The translations under genes were made by a program, and so were the position numbers. The notes under the pieces were generated by a model, which worked only from the letters and a program-made list of their open reading frames with translations, made no database searches and had not been told where the DNA came from. Positions 1 through 8,853 of a DNA stretch of 64,000 nucleotides are shown in pieces; the first letter of the stretch is position 1, and every line of letters begins with the position of its first letter. Where the stretch lies: the sequence record NC_021531.1; one strand, given 5' to 3'.

Positions 1-84
1 CCCTTCGGGGAGAGTCCTTATTTTTCTTTTACGTCATTTTCTAATCCTATGCTAACAAACACCTCTTTAACAAGGAATTATTCG

Positions 85-828
85 ATGAACGAAATTATCC
101 GTTACATGCTCTCCGCCGATGTCATTCTGAAGATTGACGAATACGAGAAAGCAACGTTCGGTAAAAAAGCCACCAAGCTCTGGGACCGTATCATCAAAGT
201 CCTGCCGCACGGTGAGCAGATTGAAATTCTGGGTGTGCAGGCAACCAACCGCGATACCACCATTGCTATCCTCTATAAAGTCGATGGCGTGGAAGGCGGT
301 AAAAACCTGCCTATCGCTGACGAAGGTTCACTGGGCAACCTGCTGTTCATGCACTGCGTAGCGTTTGCTACCCCGTACCAGATTTTGCATACGCTGTATA
401 GCTTCGACTATATCTACGCGATTGCAAACATCATCTCGGGCCGTATTAAGCCGGGCGACTCCGACACTTATCCGCAATACGTTAAGCGTATCCGTCCGGA
501 AGACTTCGACGACGAAGTTTCGCTGGATGTGTTCCGCTTTGAGCTGATTGGTGAAAACCGCACCGACGACTTCGTGACCTACCTGAAAGCGATCGTGCGC
601 TACCATGCGCAGATGTCGACTGACGATATGTCCAACAACCACAACGAGCTGTATCCGGTTCTGATGTACGGTAACCGTGTAGCCTTCGGTACGTACATTC
701 CGTTCCCAGCCCGTATCCTCGCACCGTACCACGACAGCACTATCCTGCCCGAGCCGGAAGAGCTGGGTCTGTTGTTCAGTGATGCGGTCAATGTGATTAG
801 CGAACAGCGTCACCATCTGCAGCATTAA
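85..828 (+). CDS. hypothetical protein (247 aa)
   Basis: Long ORF with biased codons. AAGGA SD precedes the ATG at 85 (ORF track starts at 49). Followed by a terminator. Confidence 0.75.
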   Translation: MNEIIRYMLSADVILKIDEYEKATFGKKATKLWDRIIKVLPHGEQIEILGVQATNRDTTIAILYKVDGVEGGKNLPIADEGSLGNLLFMHCVAFATPYQILHTLYSFDYIYAIANIISGRIKPGDSDTYPQYVKRIRPEDFDDEVSLDVFRFELIGENRTDDFVTYLKAIVRYHAQMSTDDMSNNHNELYPVLMYGNRVAFGTYIPFPARILAPYHDSTILPEPEELGLLFSDAVNVISEQRHHLQH

Positions 829-840
829 AAATAAAGCCGA

Positions 841-880
841 CTACTACCCTTCGGGGTAGTAGCGGTTATTTTCTTTTTTT
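841..880 (+). terminator. intrinsic terminator, UUCG loop
   Basis: ctactaccc-ttcg-gggtagtag followed by a T-rich tract. Confidence 0.9.
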
Positions 881-884
881 CCTA

Positions 885-920
885 ACGAAAAATATTTCAG
901 ATATATATTACTTTTGTGAA
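885..920 (+). promoter_or_regulatory. putative early (virion RNAP) promoter, TATTAC type
   Basis: aacgaaaaatatttcagatatatattacttttgtgaa; near-identical copy at 26168-26204; TATTAC matches the phiKZ early promoter -10 element. Confidence 0.75.
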
Positions 921-965
921 CGAGATACATTATCTCTTAATCTAATACACTGTGGAGCTATTCAA

Positions 966-1241
966 ATGTCTATTATTCGTGTTCTGATTCATACCCTCGC
1001 TATTCTGGCTGTCGCTGTATTCTTCATCCTGTCTCCATTCGCAGTAATGGATTTGCTGGGTGGTCAAGAGAATGCAATCGTTGCTGGTTTAGGTGGCGCG
1101 CTTTACATCGTCACCGCTTTAGGTTTCCTCTTCAGCGATGCTTTAGAATTGAACTTCGGTCCATTCCGCTGGTACCGCAATCTCGTTGAAAAGAACCGTT
1201 ACGTGGCTCCAGTGTGGAACTACATCTTCGGCAACGAATAA
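966..1241 (+). CDS. small two-TM membrane protein, early
   Basis: GGAG SD; two hydrophobic segments. Confidence 0.75.
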   Translation: MSIIRVLIHTLAILAVAVFFILSPFAVMDLLGGQENAIVAGLGGALYIVTALGFLFSDALELNFGPFRWYRNLVEKNRYVAPVWNYIFGNE

Positions 1242-1290
1242 CCCCAACTCTTAACTGACTCACAACAACTCATTTATAAGGAATACTATT

Positions 1291-1464
1291 ATGCGCAACG
1301 ACAACCTCGACGCCCTGCTGAAACTCTCTGGTAAAGAACTGGCTGCTGTAATGGCTCAGGTTAAAGCTGAAAAGGCAGCGGGTCAACGCCTGGCGTCTGT
1401 TAATCCGGTAAAGGCGTACCTGTCTACCGATTCCCATCCTAACCGTATCATCAATAAGGTGTAA
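1291..1464 (+). CDS. small hypothetical protein (57 aa, not in ORF track)
   Basis: AAGGA SD, ATG 1291, TAA 1462-1464; MRNDNLDALLKLSGKELAAVMAQVKAEK...; fills the gap between neighbours. Confidence 0.7.
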   Translation: MRNDNLDALLKLSGKELAAVMAQVKAEKAAGQRLASVNPVKAYLSTDSHPNRIINKV

Positions 1465-1466
1465 CC

Positions 1467-1916
1467 ATGTACGTACTGAATGACAAAGGCGCAGCACGCG
1501 TCGCTGAACTGAAAATTCTCTCCGGCGTTGAACTGACGCCGGTACATGGCAAACAAACCATCCAACGTGACGGAGGCATCTACCGTAAATTTAAATTGAC
1601 TAACCACGGACGGGTGCACTTCGTCGAACTGGAGCTTGATGAATACAGTCTGACACATCCGGCTGACATTCAACCAATCACGCTCGACGATGAAGAACCT
1701 ATCGTGTTCGAAACCATGCACAACTGTTCACGTGGTGCACGCTACAAAGTCGAGCTGTGTCGTGACGGCGGACGTGGGTTCATCAAAGTGAAAACACTGG
1801 CAGGCATCAACCCGAGCGATTTCAGCTTTGCCATTAACCACATCATCCAAGACCTGTTAACGAGCGCTGCTCAAAACATGCGGATGAAAATTAACTCTTT
1901 CCCTCAAATTTCTTAA
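1467..1916 (+). CDS. hypothetical protein
   Basis: 149-aa ORF starting 2 nt after the upstream stop. Confidence 0.7.
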   Translation: MYVLNDKGAARVAELKILSGVELTPVHGKQTIQRDGGIYRKFKLTNHGRVHFVELELDEYSLTHPADIQPITLDDEEPIVFETMHNCSRGARYKVELCRDGGRGFIKVKTLAGINPSDFSFAINHIIQDLLTSAAQNMRMKINSFPQIS

Positions 1917-1930
1917 TAAGGATTTCCAAC

Positions 1931-2068
1931 ATGAAAGCTTACTTCAATACTCGCGTTCTGGCTGTTTTCATCATCGCAACCCTGCTGGGTACTCTGGGTG
2001 CCAGCGTGGTTAAAGGCTACGAGCAGTGCCGTGCTAATGGCCATAGCAGCATGACCTGCAACCGTTAA
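1931..2068 (+). CDS. small single-TM protein with C-x9-C tail (45 aa, not in ORF track)
   Basis: AAGGA SD; MKAYFNTRVLAVFIIATLLGTLGASVVKGYEQCRANGHSSMTCNR. Confidence 0.7.
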   Translation: MKAYFNTRVLAVFIIATLLGTLGASVVKGYEQCRANGHSSMTCNR

Positions 2069-2141
2069 GTAATACCGTAGTACCCGATAAATAAAGTAAT
2101 CATACCTTCTGCAAATCTATCTAATATACTTGGAGCTAATC

Positions 2142-2585
2142 ATGACTATCACCGTTAACCACCTGACTGCATCTACTATCACCACCGAAGTTAAAGATTA
2201 CGTGCGTAATCACCCAGTTGCTCTGCTGTGCCTGACTAACTACGTTTACTCTGGCCGTGACCTGCAAGAGCTGACTGTAGATGAACTGAGCCGCGTTCAC
2301 GATGAGAACGTTGCCAAAGTTTCCCAACTGAAATTGGAAGTACCTGAAGCCGACCAGCCTCAGGAAGTTCTGAATCAGTATTACCATAACGCGATTGTTC
2401 ATGCGCTGGTATCTGACGAAATCAATCGTCCTTTCGAAGCGTCTACTATCCCAACGATGGTAGACGAACTGGTTGAACGTGTTCGCACTAGCGACCGCGT
2501 TGGTCAGTATTACGCAATCCTGCTGAAGTCAGAGCCGGAGTCTGAGAAATTCTTCGACGACATGAAAGCTTTGATTTTAGAGTAA
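2142..2585 (+). CDS. hypothetical protein
   Basis: GGAG SD before the ATG at 2142; followed by a terminator. Confidence 0.75.
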   Translation: MTITVNHLTASTITTEVKDYVRNHPVALLCLTNYVYSGRDLQELTVDELSRVHDENVAKVSQLKLEVPEADQPQEVLNQYYHNAIVHALVSDEINRPFEASTIPTMVDELVERVRTSDRVGQYYAILLKSEPESEKFFDDMKALILE

Positions 2586-2593
2586 GACCAACT

Positions 2594-2626
2594 GGGGAAC
2601 TTCGGTTCCCCCTAACTTTATTTTTT
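2594..2626 (+). terminator. intrinsic terminator, UUCG loop
   Basis: ggggaac-ttcg-gttcccc plus T tract. Confidence 0.85.
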
Positions 2627-2642
2627 CCTGAGGAGTAATCGA

Positions 2643-3230
2643 ATGACGTTTGAAATGGGCACCGACACTAAAATCCCTGTTCTCAATGCAAAAGGCGTAG
2701 CGGCACATCCATACGCCCCGCTTGAAGTGGGTATGCTGGTAAACCAGCGTAACCGTAACGGAATGGCACAACCTGACCATGTCCGTAAATCAGCGTTTGT
2801 CTTTAACTGGTTCCGTGAATTCCACTTCATTGAATTGGAAGACGATATGATTGACTGGGTCGATGATTCCCCGTGGTTGCAGAAACCGATTTTCATGTTC
2901 CACATGGACCTGCCGGATTACGGTGAACCGCTGTTACGTAATGCCATCAAAGACGTTCCTATTCAGCACGCGCTGCGCCGTTGTGATGGCTACAAGGGTA
3001 TGATTTACACCATCGAAGACTTCGGTGACATTCACGGGAACTTCAAAGAAAGCGTCACGACCAGCCGTGCGAACTTCCTGAACAAAGTTAAGGAGAACAT
3101 CCCAGACTTCCAGTTCCCGACCAGTAACTACATTAGCCCAACCGTCTGGCGTGAGGTATCTCACCTCATCGTTAACGAATACGGTAATCTGGTAGAAACC
3201 GTTGTTCGCGAGCCGGTTGAACGGACATAA
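2643..3230 (+). CDS. hypothetical protein
   Basis: GAGGAG SD; 195 aa. Confidence 0.75.
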   Translation: MTFEMGTDTKIPVLNAKGVAAHPYAPLEVGMLVNQRNRNGMAQPDHVRKSAFVFNWFREFHFIELEDDMIDWVDDSPWLQKPIFMFHMDLPDYGEPLLRNAIKDVPIQHALRRCDGYKGMIYTIEDFGDIHGNFKESVTTSRANFLNKVKENIPDFQFPTSNYISPTVWREVSHLIVNEYGNLVETVVREPVERT

Positions 3231-3235
3231 AGCCC

Positions 3236-3290
3236 ACCCCCGTACCCACAAGGGTACGGGGGTCATAAACCTCTTCGGTTTATTTTTTTT
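3236..3290. terminator. terminator between convergent genes
   Basis: perfect 12-bp stem acccccgtaccc-acaa-gggtacgggggt, a second small hairpin and a T run. Confidence 0.85.
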
Positions 3291-3292
3291 GC

Positions 3293-4834
3293 TTAGAACA
3301 AATCTCCGGACATGCCGCCGGTGAACTTATTGATAGAGTTGGCAGTTACTTCAACTTCCTTATCCACATCCCAAGGCAGGATGCAATGGTCTTCAAACGG
3401 TATTACAGTGTAGTGATGTTTTTCAGGCGTGTCGATAATGGTACGATGTTTACCACGCTGCACTTCTAAATAACTACGTCCTTCAATTACACGCTTGTTG
3501 AAGAACATCTCACCGTCGGCTTCGTTATCCAGAGAGGAACAGGTATCGTACAGACCGCGACCCGGTAACGACTTAACGAATGCAGATTCATCAATCGCTT
3601 TCAGTCGTTTACCTTCCGGGCTAATCTGGTGTGGGCCTAAGATGAACCCACGGTTACGTACCACCTGAATGTTACGGGCGATACGATAAATCTCTTTAAT
3701 GTCGGAACCTGCAATACCGTTTCCGTGACCTGCTTTGTTGATGGTACCAAAGTAGTCTGCACGAATCCCAACAACATGATAACCACGACGCTTCGCATCG
3801 CTGATAAGGTCATTGAGGTAGTGCACTTTGAAATCGGAGTTGGTATGTTTCTGGAACTCATAGTTCCATCCGTTCCGGTTCAGTTTCGAACAGACGTAAT
3901 CTGCCATCGCAGTGACGTCCTGATTCACCATGTCCGCTTTCACGCCTTCGAAGTGACCATACAGCATCTGATAAGCAGTTGCGATATTGATATCGAGTTC
4001 GTTCTCAAGCGACAGGTCAAGAATCATTGGCTGCAAATCACCCTTGACATCTTTCATCACGTATTCCGGTGTGTTGAATACCGGAACCGAGATTGCCATG
4101 CAAAGACTAAACAGAGACTTACAGTTAAACGGCAGAGCGGGCATCAGCCACATCTCTTCGGTAATCCCGCCATTACAACCCATCATACGGTTTATGGATT
4201 GCCAGCCCGTACGTAAGCCGTGACCCGCTGCTTTATCTTTGATGGAGCTAAACACTTTCGCAAACGGTGCAGCGTTCGCTGTGTTCAGTGTGTTCACCAA
4301 AGATGGAATCTTATTATGACTACGTTCAGTGAACGTGGAGATGGAGTCACGAAGATTACCTAAAGCGGTGCTGAGGTCAATACGGGTCTCGGTACCGTTC
4401 AATGCACCAAATGCTTGACCCAGAGTTTTACGCAAAGTAATCGCGTTTAATGACTGGCGCAATTGGAAGTAATGACGCGATACCATCTTATTGAGGTAAG
4501 CAACACGCTCCTCGGGTTTTGTGTCGTCCGGTATATCGTCGCCCGCGATAAATTCTACTACGGTATCGTATAGGGGACGATTCTGCGTTGTTGCCAGTTT
4601 TAACTGGCGCATGACGGCATCGTGATCGTATGTAACCTGTCCGTCAATGATGGGTTCGATAATCGCTTTGATTTCGGTGAGTGCGAGACGTTCGTCGTCC
4701 TCATCGACATAATCCGGAAGACGAGATTCCGCCAATACCTTTCTTATGACCTCATGATCAGTTTGAGGTTCGGTTAAAAGGCTTTCCGCGTGCAAAGTGG
4801 CTAATGCGGTAATCAACATCGTCTTAATATTCAT
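3293..4834 (-). CDS. dnaB: DnaB-like replicative helicase (phiKZ gp118-like)
   Basis: GLRTGWQSINRM, variant Walker A ALPFNCKS, SLENE, RADYFG and HQ motifs; conserved position next to the capsid gene in phiKZ-like phages. Confidence 0.8.
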   Translation of the reverse strand: MNIKTMLITALATLHAESLLTEPQTDHEVIRKVLAESRLPDYVDEDDERLALTEIKAIIEPIIDGQVTYDHDAVMRQLKLATTQNRPLYDTVVEFIAGDDIPDDTKPEERVAYLNKMVSRHYFQLRQSLNAITLRKTLGQAFGALNGTETRIDLSTALGNLRDSISTFTERSHNKIPSLVNTLNTANAAPFAKVFSSIKDKAAGHGLRTGWQSINRMMGCNGGITEEMWLMPALPFNCKSLFSLCMAISVPVFNTPEYVMKDVKGDLQPMILDLSLENELDINIATAYQMLYGHFEGVKADMVNQDVTAMADYVCSKLNRNGWNYEFQKHTNSDFKVHYLNDLISDAKRRGYHVVGIRADYFGTINKAGHGNGIAGSDIKEIYRIARNIQVVRNRGFILGPHQISPEGKRLKAIDESAFVKSLPGRGLYDTCSSLDNEADGEMFFNKRVIEGRSYLEVQRGKHRTIIDTPEKHHYTVIPFEDHCILPWDVDKEVEVTANSINKFTGGMSGDLF

Positions 4835-4845
4835 GGAGCAACCTT

Positions 4846-5388
4846 ATGCTAATTCGTTTTAGTCCGCCGTGGGAAGATGGTCCTGACATAGATAAAGGTG
4901 CTAGTGTAAAAAAGTTAGCAGACCTTCAGGCCATGTTCTTTAATTGGCTCTACGATTGCCAACAAGGTTTCAGTTCTAAGACCTTACCCGAGCAATCCCC
5001 TGTTCGACTGTTTGAAGTGTTCATGGCCCGCCCTGAGTGTTCGAGCAGTTATTATGACTACCTACTCAACTTAGTTGAAACGGGTGGAAAAGTGACTCTG
5101 TCTGATTTATATGGGATAGAGTTTCCTGAAAGTCGACTCCGTTGGAAGTTTAAACTCCTGGACGACAAAACGGTTGTAGCGAAGTTGGTTGGTGAATCAG
5201 ACCTATCATGTGGGTTCGACGTTACCGACGAGCTAACTGCAAAAAAGATGTTCTGCGCAGAACTTTTTAAATTCATGCGTCCGAAGACTCGCGTCGTCGA
5301 CGACACGTATAGCACTTCTACGCAATTCGCGCAAAACGAAGTGTTAACGGCGTTATACGCATGTCATCTAACTGAAAGGGTATTATGA
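4846..5388 (+). CDS. conserved hypothetical protein upstream of the major capsid gene
   Basis: GGAG SD; overlaps the capsid start. Confidence 0.7.
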   Translation: MLIRFSPPWEDGPDIDKGASVKKLADLQAMFFNWLYDCQQGFSSKTLPEQSPVRLFEVFMARPECSSSYYDYLLNLVETGGKVTLSDLYGIEFPESRLRWKFKLLDDKTVVAKLVGESDLSCGFDVTDELTAKKMFCAELFKFMRPKTRVVDDTYSTSTQFAQNEVLTALYACHLTERVL

Positions 5389-7643
5389 TGAAAGAAAGTC
5401 GTATCATTAAGCTGGAGTCGCTGATCGACGTTGGCCAAAAAATGGTTGATAACGCTAAGCTTAGCGGTAACTCCGAAGTGCTGTGGAAAACCATGGTAGG
5501 GCGCGAGTCCATTAAAGGCAGTCGTGATCTGATGAAAACTCAGACCGAAACCGCGGTCGCCAATTATCAGGAAGTCGACGGTAAGAAACTGGGCGTAGCT
5601 GCACAGCGCGCATCCAACATGATCCTCGCTGCGGCTCACAACCCAATGGGCTTCGTCACCACCGTGGCGCAAGAGTCCCTGAAGGCTGACTACGACAAGT
5701 TCCAGTCTGCTTCTTTCGCCGGCGCAACCGACGTTGACTACGGCAAAAACTTCATCGGTGCAGAATACTACTCCGATAAAGACCTGGACAAAAACCTGGG
5801 CCTGAGCTGGACTCTGAACGTACGTGCACTGGAAACCCAGTCCCGTTTCGCAGAAACCCTGTATCCGACCATCACCGTTGACAGCAACGATGTTGGTATC
5901 ACGATCCGTACCAAAATCACCACTGTAACCCGCGGCGTCATGAACGCACTGCTGGCCAAAGACAGTGTTGAAGATAACCGTCGTCCGCTGCACGATGCGC
6001 TGACCGACCACCGTGTTCTGCAGGATGATGCAATCCGCATCGTTCCGTACATCATGGAAGACGGCAAAAACGCCGAGTTCTTCGTTGACCCTAACATCAT
6101 CGAAAACACCACTGTACAGCTGGGCCGCGTGCCGGCGTATCCGACTAACTACCTGAACTTCGAGCAAACCCAGCTGAACCTGTTCCGTCTGGCCGCTCAC
6201 CCGGGTATCGTTACCGAAGGTTACGACGAAACCGACGAAATCGCACCGGGCGCAGCTCTGGGCGAAATCCTGCTGTCCGTGCGTAAGAAAGGCGAAGCGA
6301 TCGCTGATGGCGCGCTGTTCAAAATCAACACCCGCGACATGCAATACTCTACTTTCCAGCGTCCTGCTGAAGGTGGTGGTCGTGAGCTGCTGCTGAACTT
6401 CCGCGCAACTGTGTTTACCATCAACGGTAAATCCAAAGACTGGAAAGGCAACGAAATGCCTGCCCTGGACGCGCTGAAAGCGAACGGCTATAGCCTGCGC
6501 TTCGTGATTTCTGTGAACATGAGCATGCACACCACTGGTGACCGCTCTGGCTTCGTGGACATCACTGGTAAGTCTCTGCGTATCGACTCCGTGGTAACTG
6601 CTGACGGTACTAAACTGCCGATCAACGAAGGCTCCGTGAAAACCATCCTGGACAACATCCAGCTGGAACTCTACGGCTGGCGCTTCGATGGTACTCGTAC
6701 CAACGAAAACCGTCGTACTCAGGGCCTGATGCTTGACCCGATCTGGGAGCAGGAAAACTACAAACTGCAGTACGGTTCTCCGCTGCTGACCAAATCTCCA
6801 ATCGGTCAGGAGTACGATGACGCTGAGCGTCTGGATGACCTGATCTCTGCGGTTAACATCCGTAACGAATCCCTGGCTGTTAGCCAGACTCTGAACTACA
6901 CCGAACAGCTGCGCGAAGTTGTTGCTGCTAAAGTTACGGCGTACGACAAGTCTGCTATCCGCGGTCTGGGCCGTCACTGGGTGTCTGCATGGTTCGAAGA
7001 GCTGGAATTCGATGTGTCCAAACACATCCAGACCTCCGATACCAAAGATGCGCTGGTTAACGCCCGTCAGGGTCTGCTGAACCGTCTGGGTGATCAGGTT
7101 ACCCGTGCAATTCAGGAATCTCGCTACATGCCGGCTCTGCGCCTGCTGACTGCGAACCCTGACGCACGTCCGGTAGTTGTGATTGCAACTGACGAGCCGA
7201 CTGCTTCTATGCTGCTGCTGCAGCAGGGTGAAACCCGTATCCTGGGTGACCGCTACCAGTACGAAGTCGTTACCACTAACGATGACCGCTGGCGTGTGAA
7301 AGACGCGGATTACAACTCTGTAACTCGTCGTCTGCAATGGGTGCTGCGTGTTGACCAGGAGAACGACGGTTCTTACTGCGTTCTGAACTGGGGTAACCAC
7401 TTCTGGTCTCCGGTAATGGTAACCAACATCAACATCCAGCGTAACGGTGGTGTGTCTAAAGAGCTGGCAGTTCAGCCTCGTAACGCGCACATCAACCACT
7501 GCCCAATCGCCGGGGTTATCCTGATCAAAGGTATCACCGAGTTCGTTGCGAAGAAACTGGCTTACTATGTCGAGCTGGCTAACGCACCGACCGACGACAC
7601 CAATCTGGGTCCGGTTGACGGTTCTGATGGCGCTGGCGCGTAA
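5385..7643 (+). CDS. major capsid protein (phiKZ gp120 / SPN3US gp75-like)
   Basis: 752 aa; extreme high-expression codon bias; between the helicase and the RNAP subunit as in phiKZ-like phages; N-terminal AQE-S/GAE protease-type sites; double hairpin downstream. Confidence 0.88.
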   Translation: MMKESRIIKLESLIDVGQKMVDNAKLSGNSEVLWKTMVGRESIKGSRDLMKTQTETAVANYQEVDGKKLGVAAQRASNMILAAAHNPMGFVTTVAQESLKADYDKFQSASFAGATDVDYGKNFIGAEYYSDKDLDKNLGLSWTLNVRALETQSRFAETLYPTITVDSNDVGITIRTKITTVTRGVMNALLAKDSVEDNRRPLHDALTDHRVLQDDAIRIVPYIMEDGKNAEFFVDPNIIENTTVQLGRVPAYPTNYLNFEQTQLNLFRLAAHPGIVTEGYDETDEIAPGAALGEILLSVRKKGEAIADGALFKINTRDMQYSTFQRPAEGGGRELLLNFRATVFTINGKSKDWKGNEMPALDALKANGYSLRFVISVNMSMHTTGDRSGFVDITGKSLRIDSVVTADGTKLPINEGSVKTILDNIQLELYGWRFDGTRTNENRRTQGLMLDPIWEQENYKLQYGSPLLTKSPIGQEYDDAERLDDLISAVNIRNESLAVSQTLNYTEQLREVVAAKVTAYDKSAIRGLGRHWVSAWFEELEFDVSKHIQTSDTKDALVNARQGLLNRLGDQVTRAIQESRYMPALRLLTANPDARPVVVIATDEPTASMLLLQQGETRILGDRYQYEVVTTNDDRWRVKDADYNSVTRRLQWVLRVDQENDGSYCVLNWGNHFWSPVMVTNINIQRNGGVSKELAVQPRNAHINHCPIAGVILIKGITEFVAKKLAYYVELANAPTDDTNLGPVDGSDGAGA

Positions 7644-7670
7644 GCGTTTATGCCATTGAGCTGGTAAAAA

Positions 7671-7692
7671 ATACGCCGAGAAATCGGCGTAT
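7671..7692 (+). other. GNRA-loop RNA hairpin after the capsid gene
   Basis: atacgccga-gaaa-tcggcgtat, 9-bp perfect stem with no T tract; possibly 3' mRNA stabilising. Confidence 0.6.
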
Positions 7693-7698
7693 GGTATT

Positions 7699-7738
7699 CG
7701 GGAGTCCCTTCGGGGGCTCCCGTATATTTTTATTTTTT
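7699..7738 (+). terminator. intrinsic terminator, UUCG loop
   Basis: cgggagtccc-ttcg-ggggctcccg plus T-rich tract. Confidence 0.9.
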
Positions 7739-7834
7739 ACGTGATGAGTATGTCTTATGCAAGAGAGGTGCAGTGTAAAAAAACATAGACATATGTTATT
7801 TTCGTGACATCCTGCAATAAAAGAGGTCTACGTT

Positions 7835-8842
7835 GTGAACTTCCAGCAACAACGGCCCTCTGCAATAGCGACTATAATGCCAGCTTATCAACCGTTCAGT
7901 AGGACGGTGGTCTATGAGAATCGTACGGGCTTTCCAATTACAGCCAGTCAAGCTCATGGCGAGTACGTGGTTATTCACCCGTTGAATGAACAAGTGCCGA
8001 AGATGGAATTTAGCGTCTATGTACATTACCACGCAAGAACCGAAGCAAACCTTGCGGGTTTAAAGGGGGCCTTAACCGATACTGAATATAGTTTGGTTAG
8101 GGATGGAATCGTAGAGCGCGGTCATGCCACGTTGAAGTATTGCGTGACAGATTTCAGTGCGTTCGCGTTGGAAGAGGGAATCCATCTTCCTGCGGTGGGG
8201 GTTGCGTTAGTGAAGGGTGTGGTAACGAACCATGTCTATCCGACGGAGAAACCTGCAGTAAGCGAATCATTGGGAAGTTCTCACTTACAGATTGCCGTAA
8301 GTGTAGTAACAGACCAAGTCCTACGGACAGAACGAAAATACATTCGATTTCTCTCTAGCGTTATTGAGGTGCAACCTCAGGCGAGTTCAGTTTACGAACC
8401 TGGCGTATACATCATGATTAATCCTAATGGGCCAAAACCCATGATGGAGTTTTTCCCACTTGGCGACAGACGATGTCCGTTCCAAGTGTTCCCTAGTCGA
8501 GCACAAGCAGAGGCATTTGAATGGGAGGATAGTTCTCCTGAGTATTTGTCGATGCTGAAAGAACAAATTGCTCGAGATAGGATACTGTTAGATAAGGAGG
8601 CTACAGAGAAACGCAATGAGTTGGAGCTTGCACATAAAGCACAACTCGATGACCTTGCGCTAAGAAAAGAAGAGATGAGCATGGAACGTAAGGAGCGTGA
8701 GTACGAATTCAAGACGCGCCTAGAACAACAAAAGGCGTATTACGAAGAACGTTCATACGCACGAAAGGACTCTTCAGAGCTGCTGAAGTGGCTACCTGCA
8801 TTAATAACAGGTGCAGCAGCATTGTTTGGATTTTTAGCTTAG
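7835..8842 (+). CDS. conserved hypothetical protein with C-terminal coiled coil and TM anchor (phiKZ gp122-like by synteny)
   Basis: GTG start after AGAGG; E/K/R-rich coiled coil, then WLPALITGAAALFGFLA. Confidence 0.7.
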   Translation: MNFQQQRPSAIATIMPAYQPFSRTVVYENRTGFPITASQAHGEYVVIHPLNEQVPKMEFSVYVHYHARTEANLAGLKGALTDTEYSLVRDGIVERGHATLKYCVTDFSAFALEEGIHLPAVGVALVKGVVTNHVYPTEKPAVSESLGSSHLQIAVSVVTDQVLRTERKYIRFLSSVIEVQPQASSVYEPGVYIMINPNGPKPMMEFFPLGDRRCPFQVFPSRAQAEAFEWEDSSPEYLSMLKEQIARDRILLDKEATEKRNELELAHKAQLDDLALRKEEMSMERKEREYEFKTRLEQQKAYYEERSYARKDSSELLKWLPALITGAAALFGFLA

Positions 8843-8853
8843 CGAGGCAATCA

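Noticed and set aside
1-30. Terminator at the window start
   Set aside because: Only the UUCG loop, 3' arm and T tract are in the window, so it is not reported as a full feature.
5364-7499. 711-aa antisense ORF opposite the major capsid gene
   Set aside because: Typical shadow ORF from strong codon bias of the sense gene; no SD or recognisable motifs.
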